Under the pieces are notes generated by a model. The model was not told the DNA's origin. It did not search any database and saw only the letters and a list, made by a program, of their open reading frames with translations. Below are positions 1 through 18,980 of a DNA stretch of 64,000 bases, in pieces. The stretch spans positions 76,880,001 through 76,944,000 of the forward strand of contig OX597819.1 of NCBI GenBank assembly GCA_951406725.2, read 5' to 3'. Every line of letters begins with the position of its first letter. Position 1 is the first letter of the stretch. Both the position numbers and the translations under genes were made by a program. Origin of the DNA: Octopus vulgaris. Lineage: Eukaryota.

Positions 1-325
1 CTATCACCACCATCACCACCACCATCACCACCACCACCACCACCATCACCATCATCACCACCACCATCACCACCACCAACACCATCACCAACACCACCAC
101 CATCTACAACTACCACCACCACCACCACTACCACCACCACCACCACCACTATCACTACCATCACCACCACCAACACCATCACCAACACCACCACCATCTA
201 CAACTACCACCACCACTACCACCACCACCACCACCACTATCACTACCATCACCACCACCATCACCACCACCAACACCAACCACCACCACCAACACCACCA
301 CCACCACCATCACCACCACTACTGC
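1..325. repeat. (CAC/CAT)n microsatellite
   Basis: Seen directly. Confidence 0.95.
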
Positions 326-489
326 TATGGCCTTTTCATTTACATCACTACCCATATATTAAAACTACCACTCTCATGTCTCTCGTTTATACCTTTACCC
401 TGGTATTATCACCATTATCACCACCACTAACATCAGTCAACCACCTTAACCACTATAATCACTAAAAGCACTGTCATTAACATCATCAT

Positions 490-990
490 ATCATTATTAT
501 TATGTTGTGTGCTAAATTCCAGGGGAACCACTTGGTGTTGGTAGCTTTGTTGGATACTTTGCTTCAGCTATCTCTTATTCATGTAATCTCACTCTGCACA
601 TATGCAGCTTTTCTTAATGTATGAACAGATTCCTACTGCTCGTTTTTCTATAATAATTTGTATAAATGCAACCCTCCTCTCTGATTTTGATTTGGAAATC
701 TTGAAGCGAGAGGGTTCCACACTTGTCCATGTGTTCGATCCGAATTTGATGTGGTCGTCGACGTTGTAGAAGTTTTGATGTACGACAGTCACCACATCTC
801 AAGAGGTGGTAAGTATCAAGATGATTTAAACGTACCCTGAGAAGACGCATGAGTGGCAGGTGTTAAGCGCTGTGCAGTTGAGTTGATCCATGTATAAGAT
901 GGCCAGCAGACCTGGGAGGCTGGATCCCATTGGTAGACCTGAGATCTGTTTATATACCTCACTGTTGTATCAGAAGTTGGTGTCACCTAC
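490..990 (-). mobile_element. Penelope-like element reverse transcriptase fragment (decayed)
   Basis: Minus strand reads YKQISGLPMGSSLPGLLAILYMD...GYV*(YVDD position)...HIKF/IEH...LSLQDF...YYRKTSSRNLFIH, with stops and a frameshift. Confidence 0.85.
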
Positions 991-1332
991 TATAATGACT
1001 TGTAGTTCACTGATGTCCGAGGGTGTAAGGTGGAAAAGGTGAAGGCTGGTGAAAGACAAAGGGTAAAAGAAAGGAGGAGGAGGAGGAGGAAGAGGAAGAA
1101 GAAGAAGAAGAAGAAGAAGAAGAAGAAGAAGAAGAAGAAGAAGAAGAAGAAGAAGAAGAAGAAGAAGAAGAAGAGGAGGAGTGGGAGGAGGAGGAGGAAA
1201 GTGTAGAGGGAGACAATGACTAGGCTGAAAGGGTATTAGTTATACCTGAGTACGATGGGGTCGATATCTTTGAGTCTTTTAAAGATCTCCCTGGAGCTGT
1301 CATTGTCTCCGGAGAATATATGAAGTAGTGGT

Positions 1333-1750
1333 TTGAGGAGTTTGTGGGTAAACAACATAAGAAAGCCCCATAACACCAAGTCGGAAAAATGTTTCCTTAA
1401 GCTGCCCTATTTCGGCGACAGAACATGTATTGTTATTCAAAATGCGATCTGCAGGGAGGAACTCAACATACAGCTGATGCACACCAGTCCATCCCCGAGG
1501 AAACTTCTGTTGGGGAAAATACTAGAGAGAGCACTGTGGGGTGCACACTCACCAACTGCCCCATCAGCTATATCAAAACATGCTCGAGGGCCTCTGTAGT
1601 ATACAAAGAAGTAGTCTTCAAAAAATGCGGGGCATCCTATATAGGGAGCACTACCAGGAAACTGCACATCTGTATAAAAGAGCACATACACACGGGCACT
1701 TCAATAAAGAAACATTCCAAGAAATGTAAAATCCAGATAAAAACATGATT
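1333..1750 (+). mobile_element. Penelope-like GIY-YIG endonuclease fragment
   Basis: LKLPYFG... then CSRASVVYKEVVFKKCGASYIGSTTRKLHICIKEH (VVY/YIG motif). Confidence 0.85.
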
Positions 1751-1868
1751 AAACAGATCATCCTGTATTTTCTTTCAACCAAAAACCAGGAAACTTTCAG
1801 TACCACCTCGTACACATGCACACACACACAAACACACACACACAAACACGCACACACATATGTGTGTA

Positions 1869-1904
<36 letters not shown>

Positions 1905-2449
1905 TGTATGTATATACACGTATATGAATGTGTGGCCGTTAGCGCGTATGTGTTGTGTGTACGCACATATACTGGGCAGGCCTTAAAGTTGCATCCAGTT
2001 ATGTGGCCCTTCTTTGAGACTTTTGGAGTTTTAAGGGTGTAGAAGCACCTCTTGGCCCATATTGTTCGCAGGTCAATTCTTACTCAAAGTCGTAACACCT
2101 GTCAGAGTCCCAGCTGTTGGTTAATTAGCACGTCACAGAATTCCTTCTGGTATAAGGTCCCTCACAGGCACCCCCAATAGACCCGAGTGTAGATGTGACC
2201 CTTCAGCTCTTTAGCTGCTCATCTTAGAAAAGGTAAGTCCATAGAAATCTTCCATCCTGATAGCTACTGGGCTTGTAGCACTCGTTGCGACAGACCGACG
2301 CAAGTTTGAAGAACGAGATAACAGGACCTACTCAGAACAAAGACCCCTGCTGCTTTGTGGAGTTATCAATGGAGCATTTAAAGAAAAGGCTAATGGATGT
2401 AAACCCCTACAAAATATCCAGAAGGAAGAACCTTAAGGCAGACGTGTAT

Positions 2450-2640
2450 GGTCATGTGGCACTCCGTCGGTTACGACGACGAGGGTTCCAGTTGATACGA
2501 TCAACGGAACAGCTTGCTCGTGACATCAACGTTTAAGCAGCTGGGCACTCCACAAACACCTGGTCCCTTGTCACACAGAATGTGACAAGGCTGGTCCTTT
2601 GAACTACAGGTACTACTACTCATTCTTGTCATCTTAGTGG
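2450..2640 (-). mobile_element. SINE 3' half, same family as 52950-53272
   Basis: Reverse complement shares ttcaaagg.cca.ccttgtcac and ctggaaccctcgt with the 53 kb copy. Confidence 0.65.
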
Positions 2641-4039
2641 ACTGTGTGGTTATATTTAACCAGTATCTGGCATTCAATGCATTGAGTTACCGTTCTTCGT
2701 GTCATATCGATGAGTGGAGAGGTTAGTAATTGGCTTTGCAATATCATCTTCGTAAACCGAAAAGGCCAGGCAAACCACATGCACACACTCACACACGCGC
2801 GCGCGCACAGAGAGGAGAAAGAGATAGAGAGATACATACAAATATACATGTACATATATATATATGCATGTACGTGTGTGTGTGTGTGTTTGTGTGTGTG
2901 AGTATAGATGAATATTAGGCAAATTAGCCTGCCAGTTCAACTATATTCTGATTTGTGATTGCTTTAAACAGCAAATGCTATTTTTCTTCGTTATGCTTTA
3001 AAAAGTCGCCAAACATCTATAAAATATGTCAGAATAACTTCCTGTGTGAAGAGAATAACAATTTGGATTTACATATGCATACATTCTATATCGTAGACTT
3101 CAGAAAAGCAATCTAACTTCACTGAATTTGTCCTAGAATCTTTTTATTCCTCGCTGCTTCTGTTAAAATATCTATTATTTAATCACACCGCCAATAAATA
3201 CCCAATATGCAAATTAAGCAAGCCATTTTCTCTAGAATCTGCTTTGTGTTTGATTTAATTACCGATTACGGTAAGTTCCCTTTGGGAGTTTGGTATAGAT
3301 AAAAATGGTAGAGTACGGTGAAGAAATCGTCTTCTGCATTGATTATGTCCGACGTTTGTATTCCTTGTCCTTGGTTTCCAAATATTACTAGAGTGCTCTG
3401 AGGCCTTCGCTTGGAATGAATTTCACAGAAATCAATCGTTCCTCTCTGAAATAAGAGCAATAGCATATTTCGATGTCGCTCCTTCATGGAGTTTTCGAGA
3501 AGATTCAAGATGCACTGGGTGCCTTTCTTGTTGTCGATGAGGAGTAGATTGCAAGCCTCAAAGTAGAAAGATTTGACAATTTTCGAATGACATTCTCTAA
3601 AGGAATAAACAAGAAAAGTCTTACAATCGAACACACAGTAAACGTAATTGTTGCCATTTGATATTTGAAAATACATTTTCATAAAGCGATATGACAGCGA
3701 ACTTCAATGAGCATGAAATAAACGCTGAGCAAGAATTTTGATTCGAAATATAACGATGGAGAAAAACGTACCAGAAAGCGATGTGTGCGTCTTATTAGAA
3801 AATGAGTAGTCGGCAAAATAGACAAAATGAATAGTCGGCAAAATTAAAAACGGTTATCTTCCAATTACAGATACTCTTACCTCACTAAATGCTCTGTAGA
3901 CTACGAAGGAAATGAAAGTCAGTCTTGTCAGAAATGGAACTCAGTTGAAGACAAGTGACTTTAATGAACTTGGTCAAATGCATGAGTGACTGACTATTGT
4001 TTATCATGAAGATATTAATTATAGTGAAATATTCCGCGA

Positions 4040-4300
4040 ATGAAGGTCATTCAAGCATTCTATATCAACTATGCAGTAAAAAGCAAGTCTCTTCCGGACA
4101 TGTGCAGTAAACACCTATCGGATAAATTGAAATGTTTGTTACCCAGTACAGAAATAATACTTAAAATATTTATGTGTATTATTGTAAGCAGCTGTACAAG
4201 AGAGTGTTCGTTTTCCAAGTTGAAGCTTGCAAAGAATCGTATTCGTAGCACAATGAGATAAGTGCACTTCTTAAGGACTTTGCCAATCCTAAACATAAAC
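4040..4300 (+). mobile_element. hAT transposase C-terminal dimerisation-domain remnant
   Basis: EIILKIFMCIIVSSCTRECSFSKLKLAKNRIRSTMR matches the hAT ERSFSKLKLIK..LRSTM motif. Confidence 0.8.
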
Positions 4301-4649
4301 AGCAATTAATATACTCACATATCTATTATATTACAGCTATGACGAAATGAGATACAAATAAAAATACAAAACCGGGGGATAGTCGTTAGCTAGGTTTAAT
4401 GATGACGTCCCATAACCCCAACCACCTTCAACCTCCATGTATTCTTCATCCAAGGAGTCATAATGCTCAGCCCTGAAAATGTATGTGAACAAATCTGGTT
4501 CGGAATGGATAATATTTGCCCCACTTCCTTCTAGTGGTTAAGATATAACAGTTGATATAATAGCTGATTTCCACTACTAATCTTTTCCTTGCACGTTTGT
4601 TTAAATCGTTCGTCTCTTCGTCGTTTGCTATTGGAAGCGGACTGTAAAC

Positions 4650-6470
4650 ATCATAATTATCAAAGAGGATATTAAAAAAAATGACGCTCGGGATGTCGCA
4701 GCCTCAGCACATATCTGCGCATCATCTACTAAGAGCGTTGGGACAACAAATGGGCCGCCTAATCAGTGGAACACGACCCTTTCACAGGAAGCAGAAGATC
4801 AGGTGCTCTAATCTGGTAAAACGTGAATTAGCGAAAGATGCGACTGCCAGGTGGTAATATATGACAGAGGCGATGTATGCTCTCGCCATCTCTGCCCGAC
4901 CCTTCAGAGAAAGCTTTTCTTCGGACCATTGATGAGTGAGATTGGCTACTCGGTTCGTCACTTTGTCGCAGTTCTCTTCTTCAAGGTTCCGATCAAACCA
5001 GATCCCAGCATTTAACCAGTTCGATGTTCAGCGCTCAACGCTACTGTTAGACGGCAGAACCGAGCTGCAGTCCTACTTATTTTTGTTGATTTTCGTTCCT
5101 GTCTCCGCCTTATAGTTTCTTAGAGTAGTGCCGATCACTTCAATGTTTCTTTCATCCGAAAATATGACAGTGACATATCCGCGTGTACTAACAAGATTCT
5201 TCCACATCCTGGTTCGCGCAGAAAGCCCATCAAAGATTCTAATTTCCACAGTAGAAGCTAAAGAGTCAAGTACACACAGAAAAGACAAGAGGGGACACCC
5301 TAGATGGATCGAGCGGACAGTGAATGGTTCCGAAAGGCGACTATTTATCCTGACGGCCTAAACAGATGTCACTGTACATTGCGACAGTTCAACTGCTAAG
5401 AATACCGCGAAAACAGCCCTCAAATATTGGTGGTCGACCTTATCAGAAGCTTTTCACTGATCTAAATTGATCAAAGCTCCTCCCACATCAGGTTTCTTGC
5501 TCATCTTCTCTATGATTCATTGCATGCTATGGGGAAGTCGTAAATCTGTCAATTTGCGATGACGCATGTTTGTGCATCATCAGTTAGACCATCGGCGATA
5601 AACGCCAACTTCTGCTAATGCTTTGGCGAAAATTTTGAAATCTGCGAAATCACAGTTATCAGCTAAAAACTTCTCCTTTAATTTCTAATGTCTTGATCGT
5701 TTCTCAGCAGTGCTGCCGCTCTTCAAATCACAGAAGTAGGTATTCTTCCGTTTTGATACCAATTGCGGTAGATACCTGCCAAGAGGTTTCCAAACAACTC
5801 TAGTAGATAAAATTAAAGCTCGTAGGGCAGACCAGCCAAACCCAGAGATTAGAACCCTATTCCGCGGCTGTGATGGGCTTTCACAACACTCCATCACTCT
5901 TTACGAAAGTCGCATCGGACCATCGAGTTTAGCCCTGAAAACCATCCTACGTTCCGGCCCACTATTTTTTCAGTGTAAAGTGCTGCTAAAAATCTACAAC
6001 TGCCTAATCAAATAACATATGCCCACTGTGGTCCCGTGAAGATCAAATTATGTTTTTTTTTTCTTTTTTGTCACGTTGTGCTAACGCCACTCAGGTACAT
6101 CGAACGGCTTTTGTATCCTCGTATCTTAGAACACGCACCTTAGCTGACAATTCAGTGTTTCGCGTTGAAGCATTGGTTGAGAGCCAACTTTGCTGCAAGC
6201 AAGTTACGATGCCATCCCTAACTGCCACTTCTAAGTTTTTAACTAGATTTCCCTCCATTCTAGTTTTTTCTACTTCTATAACCTTACCAAGTCTAATTGA
6301 TTCTACCTTAATCGCCCTATTCTGAGTGAACCACTATTTGTTTTCAACGCTGCCCCCGTCAACGGAGCGACGCATCTAGCTTCCAATAACCGGGTCCCCG
6401 CCTTCGAAGCCTCTCTAGGTCGGACACTGATAACAAATTTGTGACCTCTATAGCTGACGATTTTAAAATG
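4650..6470 (-). mobile_element. Decayed L1/Tx1-clade LINE ORF2 (RT)
   Basis: Minus-strand fragments ADFKIFAKALA, AQTCVI, GGALINLDQ*KASDKVDHQYL resemble Tx1/L1 RT motifs. Many stops. Confidence 0.7.
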
Positions 6471-7555
6471 TGCACAACCTATATTATGCTTAACTATTAG
6501 CCTATAGATTACTTAGTCTAGATACGATCTGGATGGCCTAATGTGGTTCGTTCATGCTCTCATTGGTACATTCAGGAAATCCAGTTGATGCTTGTCAGAC
6601 AATTGGAAACAGCTGAGCAGGTTTGCAAGGCTTTTGCACCCCCTCTACTATCAACTAACCTCTTACAGTCTAAACGTGCATCCACAGGCCGAACGTACAT
6701 CGATACTCATTATTTCGGGCTTTTTTACCGAACCGCTAACACTTGCTGTCAAGCGGTGGTGATGACAAACACAGACACACTGATACACATACATACATAC
6801 ATACATACATACATACATACATACATACATACATACATACATAACACACACACACATAATGGGCTTCAAATCCACTCACAAGGACTATAATAATTGACCA
6901 AGGTTCCATGCAATGGGACTGAACCCGAAACCGCTTGGTTGCAAAACGAACTTTTTTTTATCGCACTCCCATGCTTGCCCGTAATGATAATGAGTAAGGC
7001 ATATTCCGTGCACTTGGTTTTATCATCGTTAATCCTGGTAAGTCAGATGAGTAGTATAAAACTGTTGCATCCCATTTTGGTGGGGTTGAGTGTTTTTCTG
7101 GATTTCCTAAAAGTAGAAACGGCAATCTATAAACAGTTAGCCACAGGAGTTTAATGTCAAGATCTATAGTATAAATGGAGGAATGAGAACAATATTAACT
7201 GCTTATGAAACTGATCGTTTTATTTACATGTTACAGTCCGAACGTGCATCGTTACAATGTAGAGAATATAATTTCTTATTGCTGTTTGTGAACACAGCTT
7301 GTTTGTTGTTGCAGTAAACAAATTGTCTCTTATTCTGTAATTCATTGTGTGTCTACTTCATCTGTGTGACTACTAAAAATAGACAGAGTATTAAAGTCTG
7401 GGTAAGTAGAATGGGTGATAAATCTACTTTCGTGCGTTGAGCAGCTTACTGAGAAAGTTGCTCTTTGGGCAGAGACGGGTTAACCCAAAGAGAAAGAAAG
7501 CTATTTGGCTTCACGTATTTATATTCTTCGTAAGTGAAAACAAAGAAGTTTTCTT

Positions 7556-7656
7556 CTGTATATGACTTCAGAAAGATAATGACTTCAGAAAGATAAAGAG
7601 GTCCTGTATATGACTTCAGAAAGACCTATATATGACTTCAGAAAGATAAAGAGGTC
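7556..7656 (+). repeat. Local tandem duplication, four copies of atgacttcagaaaga
   Basis: Seen directly, with irregular spacers. Confidence 0.85.
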
Positions 7657-8678
7657 AGCTTATTCTAATACATTTCTTAGTGCAAAAAGCGAGAACAATT
7701 AGCCGAGGACTTATTTGTAAATTGCGGATTCGATTTCGTATCCTGGCTTAAATATTTAGTTGTTGTTAACAAGAAGGAACTACGTGGTGTACTATTGAAG
7801 TTCAACAAAATCGCTGGTGTCTTAGCAATCATTCTTCAGTAGCGTTGCTAGATAGGAATACGATGGGAGCGGTCCGCCCCCGGGTGATGCTTTTAAGAGG
7901 AGTCTGTTGTATAAGTCTGTAAAGGAAACAAGTGGGGCAGTAGACACAAATGCTACCACGGATGACACACTCAAGCTACCGTACTACCACGGGCGGCACA
8001 CACTCAAGCTTCCGTACTGCCATTCTTACTATATCATGTTTTCCAAAACCCTTTTTAAGAATGCCTTTGTTCTTGTTCTTGTTTCAACCATGGCTGTCTC
8101 TACGTGGTTATTTGTGCTGTTTACTTTGTAAAACAGTAAGGGGAGAAGGTTGCTAGCACATAACCCCCTAGCCATATTTTTCCCATCCACATCTTTACCA
8201 TATGGGGCCTAACAAAATCCGCAAATCTATCTAATTACTTGTCTCCTTCTAAAACCAGGCATAACTTGGCGATCGGTCGACTTGCAAAACCGTTTCTCGT
8301 CTTGAGTTTACTTGGTAGAGTGTGTTAGCTAAATTGACAACAAGGTCAAGGTGAGCTCTGATTGGCCGTATGCAAATGATTTTATTGCTGGGGTCCGGAA
8401 CTCGCGTAGGAAAAAATTCATCGCGTACTGCCCGTGGTAATCCTAGTGTTTGCATACCATCACCTCTTATACAAGCTTAAGAAACAGACCTAGAATTGAT
8501 ATAAAAGAATCACGTGAGGCAAACTGACCACATTACACAACTTCATCCAGCTATACTACAGCAGAAAACAGGGTTAAGTTGCATTTTGATCTGATATGAA
8601 TTCAGTCAATTGATAAAAATGTTTTCTTTTATTGATAATAGATTGTTTTTTGTTTTTATCTGAGTATAATTTATGGCG

Positions 8679-8975
8679 AAGGCGCATGGCTCAATGGTTA
8701 GATCGTCGAGCTTACGATCGTGAGGTTGTGAGTTCGAATCCCAGACCGGGCTGCGTATTGTGTTCTTGAGCAAGATACTTTATTTCACGTTGCTCCAGTT
8801 CACTCAGCTGTAGAAATGAGTTGCGACGTCACTGGTGCCAAGTTGTATCGGTCTTTGCCTTTCCCTTGGATAACACTGGTGGCATGGAGAGGTGAGGCTG
8901 GTATGCATGGGCGACTGCTGGTCTTCCATAAACAATCTTGCCCAGACTTGTGCCTGGGAGGGTAACTTTCTAGGA
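8679..8975 (+). mobile_element. tRNA-derived SINE (family C)
   Basis: A box tggctcaatggtt, B box gttcgaatcc, then cttgagcaagatacttt. An inverted copy lies at about 23230-23530. Confidence 0.8.
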
Positions 8976-9515
8976 GATAATTTATGGCAAATCAACCCAT
9001 CTCTCTCCTCAACACCCATCAAAAAACAAAAAAAATCATACGCCCGTGTGTATGTGTGTGTGAATATATGTAAGATGTGTATGTGTGTGTGAGAGAGAGA
9101 GGGAGAGAGATACCAACACCAGTGTATTCCTCACATACCGACTGTTTCCTCATAATTTTCATAAAAAATGAATACTTTTTATATTTTCTACAATTACGCT
9201 TCAAATGGTGTAGCTTACAATTATATCGGAATTTAACGTGGAAAAGAAAAAAATATATATTGGTTGGCACACATATATACCTCTATTAGGAAACTTGAAA
9301 TTTTGAAAAAATTGTCATGTGTTAGTATGTATACGTGCGCGCCCACTGATTTTTTTCTTCTCTTTAATTTCCTATGTAACCGGAATTTACACCATCTAAA
9401 AGGTAGTTGTAGAAAATGTTATCAATAAATATCCATTTTTCTGCAAATTATGAGGAAACAAAATTTGTGGGGCGCACACTGTTGCTAGACTTCAACGAGT
9501 GCAGTTTAAGTTATA

Positions 9516-9549
<34 letters not shown>

Positions 9550-9566
9550 CATACATACATACAACA

Positions 9567-9945
9567 GGCGCAGGAGTGGCTGTGTGGTAAGTAACTTGCT
9601 TACCAACCACATGGTCCCGGGTTCAGTCCCACTACTATAGCCTCGGGCCGACCAAAGCATTGTGAGTGGATTTGGAAGACGGAAACTGAAAGAAGCCCGT
9701 CGTATATATGTATACATATATATGTGTGCACGTATGTCTGTGTGTCTGTGTTTGTCCCTCTAACATTGCTTGACAACCGATGCTGGTGTGTTTATGTCCC
9801 CGTCACTTAGCAGTTCGGCGAAAGTGACCGATAGAATAAGTACTGGGCTTACAAAGAATAAGTCCCGGGGTCGAGTTGCTCGATTAAAGGCGGTGCTCTA
9901 GCATGGCCGCAGTCAACTGACTGAAACAAGTAAAAGAGTAAAGAG
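9567..9945 (+). mobile_element. tRNA-derived SINE family A (CORE-like; about 15 copies in the window)
   Basis: Head ggcgcaggagtggctgtgtggtaag...ggttcagtccc, body ggatttgg.agacggaaactgaaagaagc, tail gaaacaagtaaaagagta. Confidence 0.85.
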
Positions 9946-10854
9946 TATACATACATAGATACATAGACACACACACACATATGTCTATGAAGATAATCTA
10001 CTTCGAAAGTCGAACCACAGAACTGTCGCTGGCTGGGCAGTCGTGCTACCGTTTATGCTACTAAGAGTGCATATCACTGTAAGACGAACGAAATACTGAT
10101 AAATGCCACAAATACACGTTTACATACATACATACATACATACATACACATAGACACATACATACATACACATAGACACATACATACATACACATAGACA
10201 CAGACAAACACACACACGTATAAACATATAAACACATACAGACAAAAAGGAACAGGCACCAAATAACTAGAAAGTGCACGAAAGCCGTCTAGCACGTTTG
10301 TCACTTGAAATATTTTATTCGACTGGATTCATTCAGTTTCTTTCGCTTTCTCTTCCAGCATTGAATTATTCATCCATTCATGCATATACACTCAGAGAAA
10401 GAAAACAAAATACAGAAAAAACCTAGAAATACAGAAAAACCCGAGAAGCAACAAACAACAATAATAATAATAGTAAGCAAAAGAGATGGAGAAAAAGAGC
10501 AAGAAAGAACCGAATGAACGAAAAAGGAGTTATGAAGAAAGAAAGAAAGAAAGAAAGAAGGAAAAAAGAACTTAATGAATGTATGAACGAAAGAGGAAAT
10601 AGAAAAAAGAACGAAAGCAAAATCTATAATCGGACTACTTCTTCGCCTGTATCGTCGTTTATTTATATCCTATATATGGTTCATTCAGTATTTTCATATC
10701 CAACCCAACAAAACCCGCCGCCGCCGCTGTCGCTACCATAATAATAATAATAATTTTTTTTTTTTTTACATATTTTCAATACTGTTTAGACGGAATGAAC
10801 AAGTGAATAATAAACAAGTATATACGCAAAAAAACGAACGAACTACGTGACTCC

Positions 10855-12112
<1,258 letters not shown>

Positions 12113-12594
12113 GTCTTATAAAAATGTCCCGGTCTAAAGATTCGCTATATCTGAGAGAAATAGCAGCCGGATATTTCTTAAACCATATCTTCCAATACAA
12201 ATAATGGCAAACATGGTACTTGTACTCGTAATCCGTGGAACACTGTTTCTGAAAATAAGACGTGGTAGTCATGACTGGAACATCTTTGATTACAGGTATG
12301 ATCGGTGAGGATTGATTGACTTGCGGTTAAAAACAACGACTCCCCCCAGAATCATCTTTCCTCCTCGAAATTAAAACAAAAAGAATCGTCAGACTAAGAA
12401 AAAAATCAATAAAGAAATTTATTATAAATGAATAAAAGATGATAACAAAAACATTATTTCATATAATATAGAAGAATTACCGAAGTATTAGCTGAAAATT
12501 CGAAATAATGTGTATGCGCGCGCGTAGAGAAGGATGTGTATAAATAAATACATACTCTCTCTCTTTCTCTGCCCCCATCTCTCGCTGTCTTTCA

Positions 12595-12627
<33 letters not shown>

Positions 12628-12639
12628 ACTCTCTTACTC

Positions 12640-13050
12640 TCTCTTACTTGTTTCAGTCATTTGACTGCGGCCATGCTGGAGCACCGCCTTTTAGTCGAGC
12701 AAATCGACCCCAGGACTTATTCTTTGTAAGCCCAGTACTTATTCTATCGGTCTCTTTTGCTGAACCGCTAAGTGACGGGGACGTAAACACACCAGCATCA
12801 GTTGTCAAGCAATGCAGGGGGACAAACACAGACACACAAACATATACACACACACTTATATATATATATATATATATATACATATATACGACAGGCTTCT
12901 TTCAGTTTCCGTCTACCAAATCCACTCACAAGGCATTGGTCAGCCCGGGGCTATAGCAGAAGACACTTGCCCAAGATGCCACGCAGTGGACTGAACCCGA
13001 AACCATGTGGTTGGTTAGCAAGCTACTTACCACACAGCCACTTCTGCGCC
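12640..13050 (-). mobile_element. SINE family A, full length
   Basis: Reverse complement of the family A consensus, with CpGs intact. Confidence 0.85.
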
Positions 13051-13250
13051 TATAATATATATATATATGTGTGTGTGCTAAAGATGGTTGTGTACATCCA
13101 GTTTTGAGACAACAGAACGAAATAGAAAAATATTCGTGCGTATAAGTTAGTGTGTCTAAAAGAGATAGAGAGACAGTGTATGTATACGAGCGGGGCACAT
13201 GAAGTATGATTGCCAATGTAAGGCGTTTGAGTGTGTGAAAATATGAATTT

Positions 13251-16471
<3,221 letters not shown>

Positions 16472-17124
16472 GAATTTAATTATATATTTTAAATATTATT
16501 TACAGAGAGAAGCAGTGGAAGATAGAGAGACAGAGACAGGAGAATTGCTTTCTGCATCTATTGCTCGCCTTCACTGATAGTATTACTTTTTTTTTTTTAA
16601 TCTATTTATTTATTACTATTACCAGTATCAGCAAGCGAAGAAATCTTAGGCGTTGCACCGGCATGGCTTTAGCCGTGATGACCAAATCAAAGAACTGAAG
16701 AAATATTCTAATTCCATTCACATTTAAGATGCTTTATAAGAACATTAAATCGACCTAAGTAATTGACTGGTAATTTTAATGACGCTCGAGTGAATGAAAA
16801 GCGAAGTTACGCTTCTTCTGCTGTCGGTCGATCTGTTGGAAATAGCAGCCAAATCTCCTTTAAATCATACCCTACTGTAGCTGTCTTAAGGCGTGGGCAC
16901 ACTGGGCAGTTACCCGGGGTCTCGGGAGTCTAGGGGCCCGATCCTGTTCTATGTATTTTGTGGATTATTATCAATAAGTATTATTGGGCCGAATGCATTG
17001 ATTTGCTTGATGTTCTGTCTCCTGCCTTGATTAATTTTCGTCCTTGCATATTGTAGTCTCTGACAAGCAGAAAAGATGGGATGGTCATCTTTATTTAAAA
17101 GATCTTCTCGGTGGTATAGATCTG

Positions 17125-17380
17125 GGAGCTGGCAGAAACGTTAGCACGCCGGATGAAATGCTTAGCGGTATTTCGTCTGTCGTTACGTTGTGAGTTCAAA
17201 TTCCGCCGAGGTTGACTTTGCCTTTCATCCTTTCGGGGTCGATAAATTAAGTACCAGTTCCGCACTGGGGTTGATAAATTAATTACCAGTTCCGCACTGG
17301 GGTCGATGTAATCGACTTAATACCTATGTCTGTCCTTGTTTGTCCCCTCTATGTTTAGCCCCTTGTGGGTAATAAAGAAA
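17125..17380 (+). mobile_element. tRNA-derived SINE family B (MetaSINE-like central domain; about 11 copies)
   Basis: gagctggcagaaacgttagc...gagttcaaattcc...gcctttcatcctttcggggtcgataaattaagtaccag. Flanking direct repeat ggta(t/c)agatctgg. Confidence 0.8.
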
Positions 17381-18980
17381 TAGGTACAGATCTGGAGTTG
17401 AAGCAACTTTCAACCGTATTCCTTTTCGCATCCTTTAAGACAAATGCATGCATCCATACAAGACCGAATTAAGACACATGGAGGCCCTAAGCACTTAAAA
17501 GATTTTGATGTCCCCATATATATGCATTTCAAATTATAAACAATAATAAAACAATCATAAAATGAAATGAAACTAATAGTAAGATAGAAAATAAAGTTTA
17601 TTTTTGTGTTCTTCCATTTAATTTATATTTGAAAAGTTTTCTCCCGCTTTTTTTTTTTTTTAATGGCTAAGTCTTTGATCAGATCCACACTATGACATCA
17701 TGAACACTTATAAATTATATATTTTCGATCATATAAATCACTTCGAAAAAATCTCGGCCGACCAAAGCCTTGTGAGTGGATTTGGTAGACGGAAATTGAA
17801 AGAAGTTTGTATAACCCCAACCACCGCTTGACAACTGATGTCCCCGTAACTTGGCGGTCCGCAAAAGAGACCAAAAGAATAAGAACCAGGCTTTAAAGAA
17901 TAAGTATTGGGGTGGATCTGTTCAAGTAGACCTTCCAAGGCGGTGCCCCAGCATAGCCTCAATGTAATGACTAAAACAAGTAAAAGATTAAAAATATATA
18001 AATAAAGATTTTAAAAATGGCGGTGCCCCAGCATGGCCACAGCTCGTGAGCTGAAACTAGATAAAATGAAAAAAAAATGAATAAATACGTGAGTGTGCGT
18101 GTGCGCAGGTGTGTGCGTTAGCCTTCCTTTTTTTTTTTCTTTTCTTGACCCTTTCTCTTTTAAGGGATTTCTTATCGGAGATCCCTCAAATTGCCTTCTA
18201 CCTAACAGAAAACTCAGTTTTTAATCACCAACAGTAAAGAAGTAGAAAATTAAGTTTGCAAGGAAGACAAGGTAAAAGAATAAAGAAAACAAAGGAGTGG
18301 AATGTAGCGTGAAGTTAAAATCGTTAACTTCTATGCTAGTACTGAGGCTATATATCTCAATTTTAAAAGAACATGGACAGATTTAGTTGACTAGTATGGA
18401 AGGTATATTTCATTAATGTATCTAGATATTTAATTTACGAGTGTGTAAATAAAATCCGAAGTGAGAGCCAAGAATAAATTAGGAACAAGAATAAGTTTTT
18501 AAAATAGATGACAGTTAAAGCAATAAAACGCAGTAAATTGGGGAACAGCAATTTAGATGTCATAAGACTGTTATTAAATTTGTTTAGGCTATCGAGATTT
18601 AGGTGAAAGTAAACAAGTTTATGATAAATGACCATAAAAGAGTATTCGCTAAACTAGGGAATATTTTAAATGTTAGAAGAATATTAAATTTGTTTAACCA
18701 ACCTTAGTTTGGTTGCGAAAGGTTAAACTGGGGTAAGTAGCTCTATAATAGTTTCCTTTAAACAAGGGAACATTAACATTTGGTTTCGGTAATGAAATAT
18801 TATACGAAATGAGTAAGAGATCTTTAGAAGTTAGAAGAATATTATTAAATGTGTTTGATTTGAAAGTGTTTGACCAAGTAATAGCGTGCGTTAGACGAAA
18901 AATTGGTGAGAAACTTTTAGAAGTCTGAATAGTATTGCTAAATTAGTTTGGGTAAATTACCATATAATAGTATTCATTCC

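Noticed and set aside
7556-7656. Repeat-spacer-like pattern
   Set aside because: The spacers are tiny and themselves duplicated, the context is eukaryotic and there are no cas genes, so it is not CRISPR.
8679-8755. tRNA-like sequence with A and B boxes
   Set aside because: It continues into a SINE body and has no proper acceptor stem or terminator. The same applies to the other SINE heads.
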